This document shows, piece by piece, positions 39,955 through 48,074 of a stretch of DNA of 64,000 bases (positions within the stretch are counted from its first letter, which is position 1; every line of letters starts with the position of its first letter). The notes under the pieces are model-generated. The model was not told the DNA's origin and made no database searches. It worked only from the letters and a program-made list of their open reading frames with translations. The stretch lies in IMG/VR virus record IMGVR_UViG_2718218482_000003. The stretch is one strand, 5' to 3'. This stretch comes from a virus. A program made the position numbers and the translations under genes.

Positions 39955-40830
39955 ATGATCCAATTGCAAGCAACGGAGCAATTTACTACAACGAAACTGA
40001 ATTTGACTTCTAATCTATGTGAAGTTTGTGAAGAAAAAGGAATTAAACAACGAACAATGATATTTCAAGGTGAGGAAGTTTGTCCTAAGTGCTATTTACA
40101 AAAAGATCACGATAGATTGTATGCGGAATGCAACAAGTATTACAAAGGCGAAGAGGAACGGAGAAGAAAATCTTATTTTCATAATCATAGTTTAATCAGT
40201 GACCCAACAATCATGAATGCAACATTTGATAATTTTATACCTGAATGTGACGAAGAAGAGAAAAATAAAGCTCAAGCCGTAAAACATGCTCATAACTGTA
40301 TAAGTGATATGAAATATACATTAGTAGCTTCTGGAGGTGCAGGAAGAGGAAAAAGTCATTTAATGCATGCCATAGCTGAAGAAATTAATGAGAACGGAAC
40401 GCAAACCGTGTTGTTTATAAGTGAGAGTGTTTTATTCAAAAAATTAAAAGCTACATTCAAAAGAGATTCTGAGTTATCTGAGGATGATTACTTACAAAAA
40501 ATAATTGACGCAGATGTAGTGATATTTGATGATTTCGGTTCAACTTTAGGTGATTACAGAGATATCAATTTGAAAGCACTAGAATTTCACAATAAAAAAG
40601 GAGAAGGGAATATTACTGATCTCCAAAGAGCAACAAAATATATGAACGATACTTATATGACAATTTTTGACGGTAGACAAGGAAAGTCTAATGGAATTGC
40701 TACAAATTTAGTAGGTGCAGCAATCACGTATTGTTATGACCAACGAATCACATCTAGGATACTTGGTTGCAAATCAGCCATGACATTTAAAAATACGCCT
40801 GATAGACGTAAGAAAGCTTTGCCTTTTTGA
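39955..40830 (+). CDS. DnaC/IstB-like helicase loader ATPase
   Basis: CEVC...CPKC Zn motif, GGAGRGKSHL Walker A, IFDDFG Walker B. Confidence 0.9.
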   Translation: MIQLQATEQFTTTKLNLTSNLCEVCEEKGIKQRTMIFQGEEVCPKCYLQKDHDRLYAECNKYYKGEEERRRKSYFHNHSLISDPTIMNATFDNFIPECDEEEKNKAQAVKHAHNCISDMKYTLVASGGAGRGKSHLMHAIAEEINENGTQTVLFISESVLFKKLKATFKRDSELSEDDYLQKIIDADVVIFDDFGSTLGDYRDINLKALEFHNKKGEGNITDLQRATKYMNDTYMTIFDGRQGKSNGIATNLVGAAITYCYDQRITSRILGCKSAMTFKNTPDRRKKALPF

Positions 40831-40863
40831 TAAGTAATACATTTAAAGCAAGGAGGAATAATC

Positions 40864-41058
40864 ATGTGTACATTATGCCGTAATACAGGGATTATTTGTA
40901 AAGAAATTTATTCAGGTGTGGCTCTAACGGAAGGGTGTAACTGTGAGGTAGCAAAGCAACAACAAGAAGAAAACGATAAGCGTTGGCAAGCATGGTTAAT
41001 AAAATTTGAATCAATGAAACAAGAGTTGCAACGGAATCAACAACAAAAAGTAAGTTAA
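40864..41058 (+). CDS. Hypothetical phage protein (CxxC...CxC)
   Basis: GGAGG RBS; MCTLCRNTG...GCNC. Confidence 0.7.
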   Translation: MCTLCRNTGIICKEIYSGVALTEGCNCEVAKQQQEENDKRWQAWLIKFESMKQELQRNQQQKVS

Positions 41059-41074
41059 CAAGGGGGAGCGAATT

Positions 41075-41353
41075 ATGAAAAATACAGGCATTACAAGAAA
41101 AGTGGACGAGCTAGGGTGTGTAGTAATTCCGGTAGAGCTACGCAGGACTTTAGGGATTGCTGAAGGGACAGCGCTAGACTTTCATGTTGATGAGGAAAAC
41201 GTCATTTTGAGAAAACAAGAAAAGTCATGCTTTGTAACTGGTAAAGTATCTGATTCCAACATCGAATTGTTAGGTGGCCGAATGTTTTTGAGTAAGGAAG
41301 GAGCACTTGAGTTACTTAATTCTCTTGAAAAGAGTGTGAAGGAACATGCCTAA
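41075..41353 (+). CDS. AbrB-family transition-state regulator homologue
   Basis: MKNTGITRKVDELGCVVIPVELRRTLGI. Confidence 0.9.
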   Translation: MKNTGITRKVDELGCVVIPVELRRTLGIAEGTALDFHVDEENVILRKQEKSCFVTGKVSDSNIELLGGRMFLSKEGALELLNSLEKSVKEHA

Positions 41354-41705
41354 ACAATTGAATATTTTCGATGTAGAGCCAGCAATTTGTGAGTTCGATG
41401 TAATGAAGGCAAATGTGAAAAGAGGTACTGGATGCACTACATACGCTGATGTACGCGTCCAAGTTCCAAAGAATGCAAAGTGTACGGATGAGTTACCACG
41501 AACAACTAAACAAGATGATCGCTATGACATCTTTGAACAATATGTAATGGCAATATGGAGATTTCAAAGAGCTGTAGATAAGTTTTTCAATTGGGATACA
41601 GCTGAAGAATTGTGTAAGGCAGCAAGGGATAAAAAAGAGATAATTCTGGTACGGATTTACTTAGGAAGTGGATTCAAACCTGATGTTGTCGAGTACATGC
41701 GGTAG
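41346..41705 (+). CDS. Hypothetical phage protein
   Basis: Overlaps previous stop; MPKQLNIFDVE. Confidence 0.7.
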   Translation: MPKQLNIFDVEPAICEFDVMKANVKRGTGCTTYADVRVQVPKNAKCTDELPRTTKQDDRYDIFEQYVMAIWRFQRAVDKFFNWDTAEELCKAARDKKEIILVRIYLGSGFKPDVVEYMR

Positions 41706-41725
41706 TAAAAGAGGGAGATGGACAT

Positions 41726-41893
41726 ATGAAAAAAATAGAAATTGATGTTAGCAGCAATAAACTTTTAATAGTTAAGGATGGAAATGTTACTGCATTCAAT
41801 CCACCAGAAAGTGGATTTGGTGAGCAAGTTGCAGTTTGGATTCACGGGAAAGTTGATCGTGTGGATACTAAGTTTACTAAAAAGATAAAATAA
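41726..41893 (+). CDS. Small phage protein, DUF3954-like (55 aa; not in ORF track)
   Basis: MKKIEIDVSSNKLLIVKDGNVTAFNPPESGFGEQVAVWIHGKVDRV. Confidence 0.65.
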   Translation: MKKIEIDVSSNKLLIVKDGNVTAFNPPESGFGEQVAVWIHGKVDRVDTKFTKKIK

Positions 41894-41918
41894 TCATTTT
41901 TAGAAAGTAGGTTCGCTT

Positions 41919-42170
41919 ATGAGTGTAGCAAGAAATCATGAAGCGATGAAGGAATCACGCTTGAAGGTATACATCGCTTTAGAAGAGGCTAACTTCATTT
42001 GGGATGAAAGAGATGTAGTTCGTTTTCGTGAAATGTGGAGTCAAGGTATGAGCTTACCACAGATGGCAAAAGCGTTAAGGAGACACCAAGCGGAAGTTGC
42101 GCTTCTTGTAATAGATCAAGCTGATAAGTATTTAATTGAAAATCGTCCGATAGGATTAGGGATTTGCTAA
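41919..42170 (+). CDS. Hypothetical phage HTH-like protein
   Basis: WSQGMSLPQMAKALRRHQAEVALL. Confidence 0.65.
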   Translation: MSVARNHEAMKESRLKVYIALEEANFIWDERDVVRFREMWSQGMSLPQMAKALRRHQAEVALLVIDQADKYLIENRPIGLGIC

Positions 42171-42189
42171 ATAGGAAGGGGAAATCAAA

Positions 42190-42515
42190 ATGAAAGCAAT
42201 GAAAAACAGTGTTATGGAAGTAACTAAATTAATCAGTAAATCAAAGGAAGGAAAAGCCTTAACGAACAACAATCAAATTTGTGAATTAGATCAATATCAA
42301 GAGGCGGCATTACGTACATGGAATACAAATCAAGATTTTGGTGGACGTGTTTTAAATGCAGCATTAGGACTTTCGGGAGAATCTGGTGAGGTTGCTGATA
42401 TTGTAAAAAAGCTGTCATGGATTTGATCCGGCTCATTGTCCGGGAGAAGAAGAAGGGAACACACATAAAAAGGGGATATTCTATACGACATCTCAATCAT
42501 AGCACATGAAATGGG
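42190..42515 (+). pseudogene. MazG-like nucleotide pyrophosphatase, decayed
   Basis: YQEAALRTW...LGLSGESGEVADIVKK then frameshifted HGFDPAHCPGEEEGNTH...GDIL...IAHEMG. Confidence 0.75.
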
Positions 42516-42524
42516 GAGCGGAAA

Positions 42525-42923
42525 ATGAAAAAGAAAATAATGGCAGGTTTCATGTATATTATGGCAATAACGGGTTTAGCAGGTTGTCGTACAGAAGCAG
42601 ATACAGTTTCACAAAATTTATCTAAATCAGCTGATTCCTTTGAGGTTCAACGAAGAGTGGTGTTCTTCAATGGTATAACTGGTAAATACCTGTTAAGTAT
42701 TGAGGGATTATGCACTTTAGACGCTAGTGATGGGAAAAAGATAACTGTAACTTGCAAGACTGGTGATGGTAAATATAAGAAACATTACCTTGGATTAAGT
42801 GATAATGTCAGTTACTTCATAGAACAAACAGATGCTAAGTACGAAGATGCATACCATTACAAAGTGCTGTGTAGACCGGAAGAAATTATTCCAGATATTA
42901 AGTTGCAGACAAGCAAAAAATAA
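42525..42923 (+). CDS. Phage lipoprotein
   Basis: Lipobox LAGC after hydrophobic stretch. Confidence 0.75.
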   Translation: MKKKIMAGFMYIMAITGLAGCRTEADTVSQNLSKSADSFEVQRRVVFFNGITGKYLLSIEGLCTLDASDGKKITVTCKTGDGKYKKHYLGLSDNVSYFIEQTDAKYEDAYHYKVLCRPEEIIPDIKLQTSKK

Positions 42924-43006
42924 ACTACTTTTATGAGTTTGTATGATGAAGTTTTGAAGAGTGAAACGAAACAGAAGCGTTATTTGAATACGAGGGGGAA
43001 ATGGAA

Positions 43007-43607
43007 AATGGAATACGTTGAAAAAGCAACTAAAGATATTAGAGAGAATTGGTTTGGAGATCATGTAGCTGAAATGCAAGGTGAAGAAGGATTACAGGTT
43101 ATTTATTGGGGCAAGTCGGGAACAAATATGTATCGTACTAAAATTGTTCTTGCAGGATATAACGTATTTATTTCAGGTGATATTGGCGAAGCGGTGTATA
43201 CCCTTACATGTCTAGCAACATTAGAAAATATTAAAGGATTCAATTTAGGGTATTTCACTGAAAAGTTAACGGCTTTTTGTGAAGAACGTTGGGATTTCAA
43301 TGAAGAAAAGGCAAAAAGGGAACTTGATGAATACTGGAAGGAATACGATATAAATGAAACAAGAGAAGACGGACAGGAAGTATATGATCGTATTATTTCA
43401 GCAATTGATGAGAGTTCATCTATGGAAGGTTACCATTTTTGATGAAGTGACGTTTATCATAGCAGCTCATTAGATTCTGACACATTGGAAGACATTTGGA
43501 ACTTCGGCAAAAGGTTGCCACGTCGTTTAATTGGTTACTGGTTAGGATTGCAAATGGCAATTGAACAATTAGAGAAAAGTAAACCTGCAGCAGTAGTGAC
43601 TTTATAA
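43007..43607 (+). pseudogene. Hypothetical phage protein with in-frame TGA TGA at 43440-43445
   Basis: Same frame stays open after the stops: SDVYHSSSLDSDTLEDIWNFGKRLPRRLIGYWLGLQMAIEQLEK... Confidence 0.65.
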
Positions 43608-43636
43608 CAAAATAGTTATTTTGGAGGGGAACGAAA

Positions 43637-43804
43637 GTGGAGAAATGCAATTATGTCGGATGTAAAAATGATGCAATAACTAAGGGATTTGTATTCAGTA
43701 GAGATTCACAGGGGAGAAAGCATCTTCCTACAGATGTATATGCTTGCGATAAACATAAAAAGTCTTCCAGTTTTTTTGAATATAAAACTGCACAAACAAA
43801 CTAA
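43637..43804 (+). CDS. Small Cys/His phage protein (55 aa; not in ORF track)
   Basis: GGAGGGG RBS, GTG start, MEKCNYVGC...YACDKH. Confidence 0.55.
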   Translation: MEKCNYVGCKNDAITKGFVFSRDSQGRKHLPTDVYACDKHKKSSSFFEYKTAQTN

Positions 43805-43827
43805 ACAAAATTCTTATTTTGTAAACG

Positions 43828-44962
43828 AAAAATAGGAGTGCTTGAACAGAGCACTCCATGCCGCGAACAACTATACCTATAAGAGTATATGAGTGCTGTA
43901 ACTAAATATTCTTAATTCTGATTCAAACAAAAAAGAGCGCACTGGAAAGCGCTCTTTGACCAAGATTTATATGAAAAAGTATCGGCAATTAAATCTTATG
44001 TATGTTTTCAGTTTATGTGCAAGTTTAAATAAAATCGTGATTTGAAAGTAAATAAAAAAGAGCACACATATAAGTGTGCTTTTAGACTAAAAGGTTTGAA
44101 CGTATGGACTGGAGTGCTCCATATAGTAATATATGCTTGTCTGTTGGAAAGGTGAAACGTTTTTTAGAAATCCGCTAGTTTGTAGAAAGGAGTTTGTAGT
44201 GAGCGTCTTTGATAATACGATTACGATTCGATCATATAAGCAGGAGTTACCGTATGTAGGGAAAACGTATATGCATAAGGAGCAGCAGGTAATAGGAAGG
44301 ATTCATGAGTGAGGATTTGTCAATAAAAAAAGAGGAACTCTTTTGCGCTAGAGTTCCTCAGAGAGAATAGAAAGGTTCGAAATCCATCGTTTCTAGTATG
44401 TGTAGGTTGTCATGTATTATACAGAAAAATAAAAAGGCAGCTAGCGAAAGCTAACTGCTTAGGAAATGAAAGGAGTGCAAATGAGCTTCTCGCACCTTCG
44501 AGCATTGCGGACTATCTAGCAAGCCTATGGCTGCTAGTATGAACGAACTTTTTCTTTCCTATACGTCAAAAAATAAAACGAGCACGTGTGCCAGCGTGCT
44601 CGTTTGGGAAACTTTACACCATTCTTGTTATGTTGTGTGAGTCATGAACAAGTAAGGATACAATATGATATGGATTGGAAAGAAAAGCGTGTCAAAAATA
44701 AAAAGGACACTTTCGAAAGGTGTCCTTTTATAGAGTGGCAGACACTATGAAGGAGTTTCAGGAAATAAAGTGAATGAGCAGCACCTCGAGATGAGGCAAC
44801 TACATCCCTATTGTATGCGTATGTTGTTGGAGGAGTGCCACCCAAAACTAAGAGCAGCTAGTAAAAAAACGAACTGCTCAGCCTTTGTAGAAAAGAAGGA
44901 ATAAAAATGGGTATATAAAAATTCCTCCCTCTATAGTATGAACGGGATATTGAGTTTTATTC
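43828..44962 (-). ncRNA. Array of eight candidate sporulation-sigma-driven small RNA units
   Basis: Repeated architecture: sigmaG- or sigmaK-type promoter, 50-110 nt, hairpin plus U tract (see findings). Confidence 0.6.
44199..44312 (+). CDS. Tiny hypothetical ORF inside the array (37 aa)
   Basis: AAGGAG RBS, GTG start, MSVFDNTITIRSYKQELPYVGKTYMHKEQQVIGRIHE. Confidence 0.35.
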   Translation: MSVFDNTITIRSYKQELPYVGKTYMHKEQQVIGRIHE

Positions 44963-44975
44963 AGGGAGGAGGTAA

Positions 44976-45191
44976 CTAAGCTGTTCCAAATTGGTTTTGA
45001 TCTGCCATAGTAGAATCAAAGGTGTTTGTGGCACTCACGCCATTAAAAGTATTAACGATGAAGGCAGTATTAGATGCACCAGAACCATTATAATCTTTTG
45101 TATTTTTTTTAGGGGAAACATTATAAAAATCACCTAAATTACATGAACCATTGCTGGTTTGTATGACCAAATTTCCTACGATAGAGGGCAT
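44976..45191 (-). CDS. GerPA/GerPF-family spore germination protein homologue
   Basis: MPSIVGNLVIQ...NLGDFYNVSPK...GSGASNT...TNTFDS.MADQ; AGGTG RBS; GAAC-16-CATATACTA promoter at 45253-45225. Confidence 0.85.
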   Translation of the reverse strand: MPSIVGNLVIQTSNGSCNLGDFYNVSPKKNTKDYNGSGASNTAFIVNTFNGVSATNTFDSTMADQNQFGTA

Positions 45192-45370
45192 GCTTTTCAC
45201 CTGCCTTGAAAGAAGAAGTTAGTTTAGTATATGGAGAATGAGTCTAGAGGTTCGGATTCCGTACCTGATTTCATTCACATTGGGCCGGTTTTTGAATGAA
45301 ATCAGGTATGAAAAGAATGAAAATTTCCGAAAATGGATAGGAAGGATATTGTATACGAGGAGTGACGAAT

Positions 45371-45493
45371 TTGAAGAAAAAGAAATTAAAAAAAGTAATT
45401 GCTCGTCGTACAAAGGCGATGCAAAAATATGAAAAAGACAGAGTAGATAAAGCTTGGCGGAACCTTTTTATATAAGCAAGTATCATGAAATAA
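45371..45493 (+). pseudogene. Small basic phage protein (DUF3983-like) with probable premature TAA at 45473
   Basis: MKKKKLKKVIARRTKAMQKYEKDRVDKAWRNLFI*ASIMK. Confidence 0.5.
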
Positions 45494-45514
45494 ATAGAGT
45501 CCGGCTAGAAAACT

Positions 45515-45571
45515 AGAGGACACCAATTCATTAAAGCAGTCATGCAACTGTTTTAAGAAAGGGTGTCCTCT
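45515..45571. terminator. Long hairpin upstream of the arpU operon
   Basis: AGAGGACACC...AAAGCAGT/ACTGTTTT...GGTGTCCTCT followed by TTCTTATTTT. Confidence 0.5.
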
Positions 45572-45599
45572 TTCTTATTTTACGAGGGAGATGGGAAAT

Positions 45600-45770
45600 A
45601 TGAAGACACTAAAAGACCAATTACGTGAGTGGAAAAAACAATCTAAGCAAGCAAAAACGGAAGATAGGCAAAAGCGAGAAGAGAAGCTAACCATTCGCGA
45701 TATTGAAAATCTAATGGGAGTATATGGACCGCGTTATGAAAGAAGACGTGGAGTATGGAGACAAAAATAA
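45600..45770 (+). CDS. Hypothetical basic phage protein (56 aa; not in ORF track)
   Basis: MKTLKDQLREWKKQ...IENLMGVYGPRYERRRGVWRQK. Confidence 0.65.
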   Translation: MKTLKDQLREWKKQSKQAKTEDRQKREEKLTIRDIENLMGVYGPRYERRRGVWRQK

Positions 45771-45794
45771 ATTCTATACGAGGAGTACGCCAAT

Positions 45795-46283
45795 ATGAAA
45801 AAACAATTATCTTTTTTACCAAAAATCGATCGTGCAGCCACACAAGAGAAAGTGGAAAGTGTGCTTGAAAGTATACGTATATATAGACAATTCGGAATGA
45901 TTCGGAAAGAAATGAAAGTCACTCCTTCTTATGAAAGGAGAGAACATGGTCCTACACATACAGTTGGCAAACCGTTAGAGGATGTAGCAATCTTTAACAT
46001 GCAACAAAACGAACGTGAAAAGTGGTTAGAACAAATGTCATTTCGGATTGATCAGGCATTAAGTCGTTTTGGAAGCAGCGCAGCTGGAAGAAACCAGAGA
46101 GAGATTATCATGAAAAGATATTTAGAGGATGAGGATGTATGTGATTATATGATTTATAACGAAATGGGAATGAGTGAGCGTACGTATCGACGTGTGAAAG
46201 CGAGAGCGTTTTATAAATTGGCATTTGCTCTTAGATTAGAAGTGTATGAGATAAATCAGCAACGTGGAGGGGATGACCGATGA
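45795..46283 (+). CDS. arpU: ArpU-family late transcriptional activator
   Basis: QREIIMKRYLE...MGMSERTYRRVKARAFYKLAFAL. Confidence 0.88.
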   Translation: MKKQLSFLPKIDRAATQEKVESVLESIRIYRQFGMIRKEMKVTPSYERREHGPTHTVGKPLEDVAIFNMQQNEREKWLEQMSFRIDQALSRFGSSAAGRNQREIIMKRYLEDEDVCDYMIYNEMGMSERTYRRVKARAFYKLAFALRLEVYEINQQRGGDDR

Positions 46284-46502
46284 ATTTTGTTCAACCTATA
46301 CGTGATCCAGAACAAATTCAACAAATGAAAGCATATTTAAAAGAAAAGAATGCACGAAACTATATGTTGTTTGTCCTGGGGATTAATACAGGGCTACGCA
46401 TAAGTGATATTTTAAAATTGAAAGTGGGTGATGTACAAGGGAGTCATATTTCTATGCGTGAAAAGAAGACGGGGAAACAAAAGAGGATTCAAATCACATC
46501 CT

Positions 46503-48074
46503 GTTATGAAGTGACCTTTGTCAATAGTTTTTTCCCCATAATATTTTTTCTTGATGGCATACAAAAGCTTCAGAAATAAGATCTATCGACAGTTAACCAC
46601 TCTGTTATTCGTGGATTGGTTACCTCAGGTTAATGGTCCGTCGTTAGGCTCTTATAATCTCTTTACGTGGATCACATCTTTTCAAATTCTAATAAATAGC
46701 TGGTTTATCAGAATTTCAGCTGTGCCAGCAGAGGGTGTGTCATAGATAGCCAGACCTGTAATTCACTATCTCTGAAGCTCATCTATGCCATCAATTGATA
46801 CCTTTGGTCTCTAACTATGAATGAATCAACTTCATATCCCTCTCTTTATTTTTAGTGAATTTTACCTGTTTCTAATCCCCAGATAAAACATCCCAGTTCT
46901 CTTGCAATCGCTGTAATGGCAACATTTCTGGGCTTCCCTTGATACATCATTCGATGATATTTTCGTTGTAACCGTTCTACTGCCCGATCCGCATAGGAAA
47001 TTACGTCGCTTCGTTGGTCTTTTTGTCTTGCTTTCACTCGTTTTGATTTTAATCCAATCGTTCCTTTTACCAAGGAATTTGCACATTCTACAAGAGTAGA
47101 CCTAACGGTCGAATTACCTTGCTTTGTAATCGAACTTCGACTGATTTTCTCCCCACTTGAGCTTTCGCTTGGCGTCAACCCTACATAAGCCATAAATGCT
47201 TTAGCCGTTGGGAACCGAGTGAAGTCTGCAATTTCCACATGCACAGTCATTGCCGATGTTGTGTCTATACCTTTTAAACATCTTAATTTTCCGACTGGTT
47301 CTTCATATCTTTCACTATGAGATAATTCTTCTACTCTCAGACTGAACCGCTCAATTTTATCCACTAAAACATCATACTGTAATAGATATTCATCTAACGT
47401 TTCTTTGAATAATCCTTGTAAATCAAGATTCTTTAACCATTTCATATAAGCGATTGTCCAGCTTGATTTTCCTTCGTAAATATAGCCATGTCTTAAAAGG
47501 AATGCTTTTATCTGTTGTTTTATTTTTTTCAATGATGTTTTAAAATCACCTAACATGCGGATATACTCTTTTACAGCAACATCCTCTTCTTCTGGAACAT
47601 ATACTTCTTTATAAGTACCATTCGCTAAATTAAGAGCAATCATTTTAGCATCGAATCTGTCGTTTTTCACCATTTTATTTTTAGATGAACTGTACATGGT
47701 TGTTGGTGCTAAAATATCACAATCAATCCCGTTTTGCTCCAAAAGATTATGGAGTGAATATCCTAAACAACCCGCTTCATATCCAGCTTTAATTTTTATA
47801 TCTTCACCATATTTCGTTTTCAGTTTCTCAACGAATTTTTTTACGAGAGATACATTTGAAGCACATCGTGCTTCTCCTACAATTTCCCCAGTTGTTCCAT
47901 GCAATGCACATAAGCTAAAGCTTTCCTTGTGGACATCCATCCCAATATATATTATATTTTCCATAGTGGCCTCCTATTATCATAGGGTATAATCCCATTC
48001 ATGATGTTTGTTTTCATTCATTATTATGGGTTAAAATCCCTGACTTGATAATCTAGGAGGTCACTTCATATTAT
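46503..48074 (-). mobile_element. IS110-family, IS1111-type element copy 2 (inverted relative to copy 1)
   Basis: Same length and ends as copy 1; CT at 46501-46502 and 48075-48076. Confidence 0.93.
46852..47964 (-). CDS. IS110/IS1111 DEDD recombinase, protein identical to copy 1
   Basis: ORF-track translations identical. Confidence 0.95.
   Translation of the reverse strand: MENIIYIGMDVHKESFSLCALHGTTGEIVGEARCASNVSLVKKFVEKLKTKYGEDIKIKAGYEAGCLGYSLHNLLEQNGIDCDILAPTTMYSSSKNKMVKNDRFDAKMIALNLANGTYKEVYVPEEEDVAVKEYIRMLGDFKTSLKKIKQQIKAFLLRHGYIYEGKSSWTIAYMKWLKNLDLQGLFKETLDEYLLQYDVLVDKIERFSLRVEELSHSERYEEPVGKLRCLKGIDTTSAMTVHVEIADFTRFPTAKAFMAYVGLTPSESSSGEKISRSSITKQGNSTVRSTLVECANSLVKGTIGLKSKRVKARQKDQRSDVISYADRAVERLQRKYHRMMYQGKPRNVAITAIARELGCFIWGLETGKIH

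Noticed and set aside
43440-43445. TGA TGA as selenocysteine or programmed readthrough
   Set aside because: No SECIS-like stem or redox motif; neighbouring genes are also decayed, so nonsense mutations are simpler.
43828-44962. Mini-unit array as CRISPR, tRNA cluster or set of peptide genes
   Set aside because: No identical repeats and no cloverleafs. Minus-strand ORFs are 5-12 codons, mostly without RBS or with a non-ATG start (e.g. MDFEPFYSL, MTHTT). Peptide coding is not excluded but unsupported.
45238-45432. 64-aa ORF
   Set aside because: No RBS, crosses a perfect inverted repeat and overlaps a better-supported small ORF at 45371.
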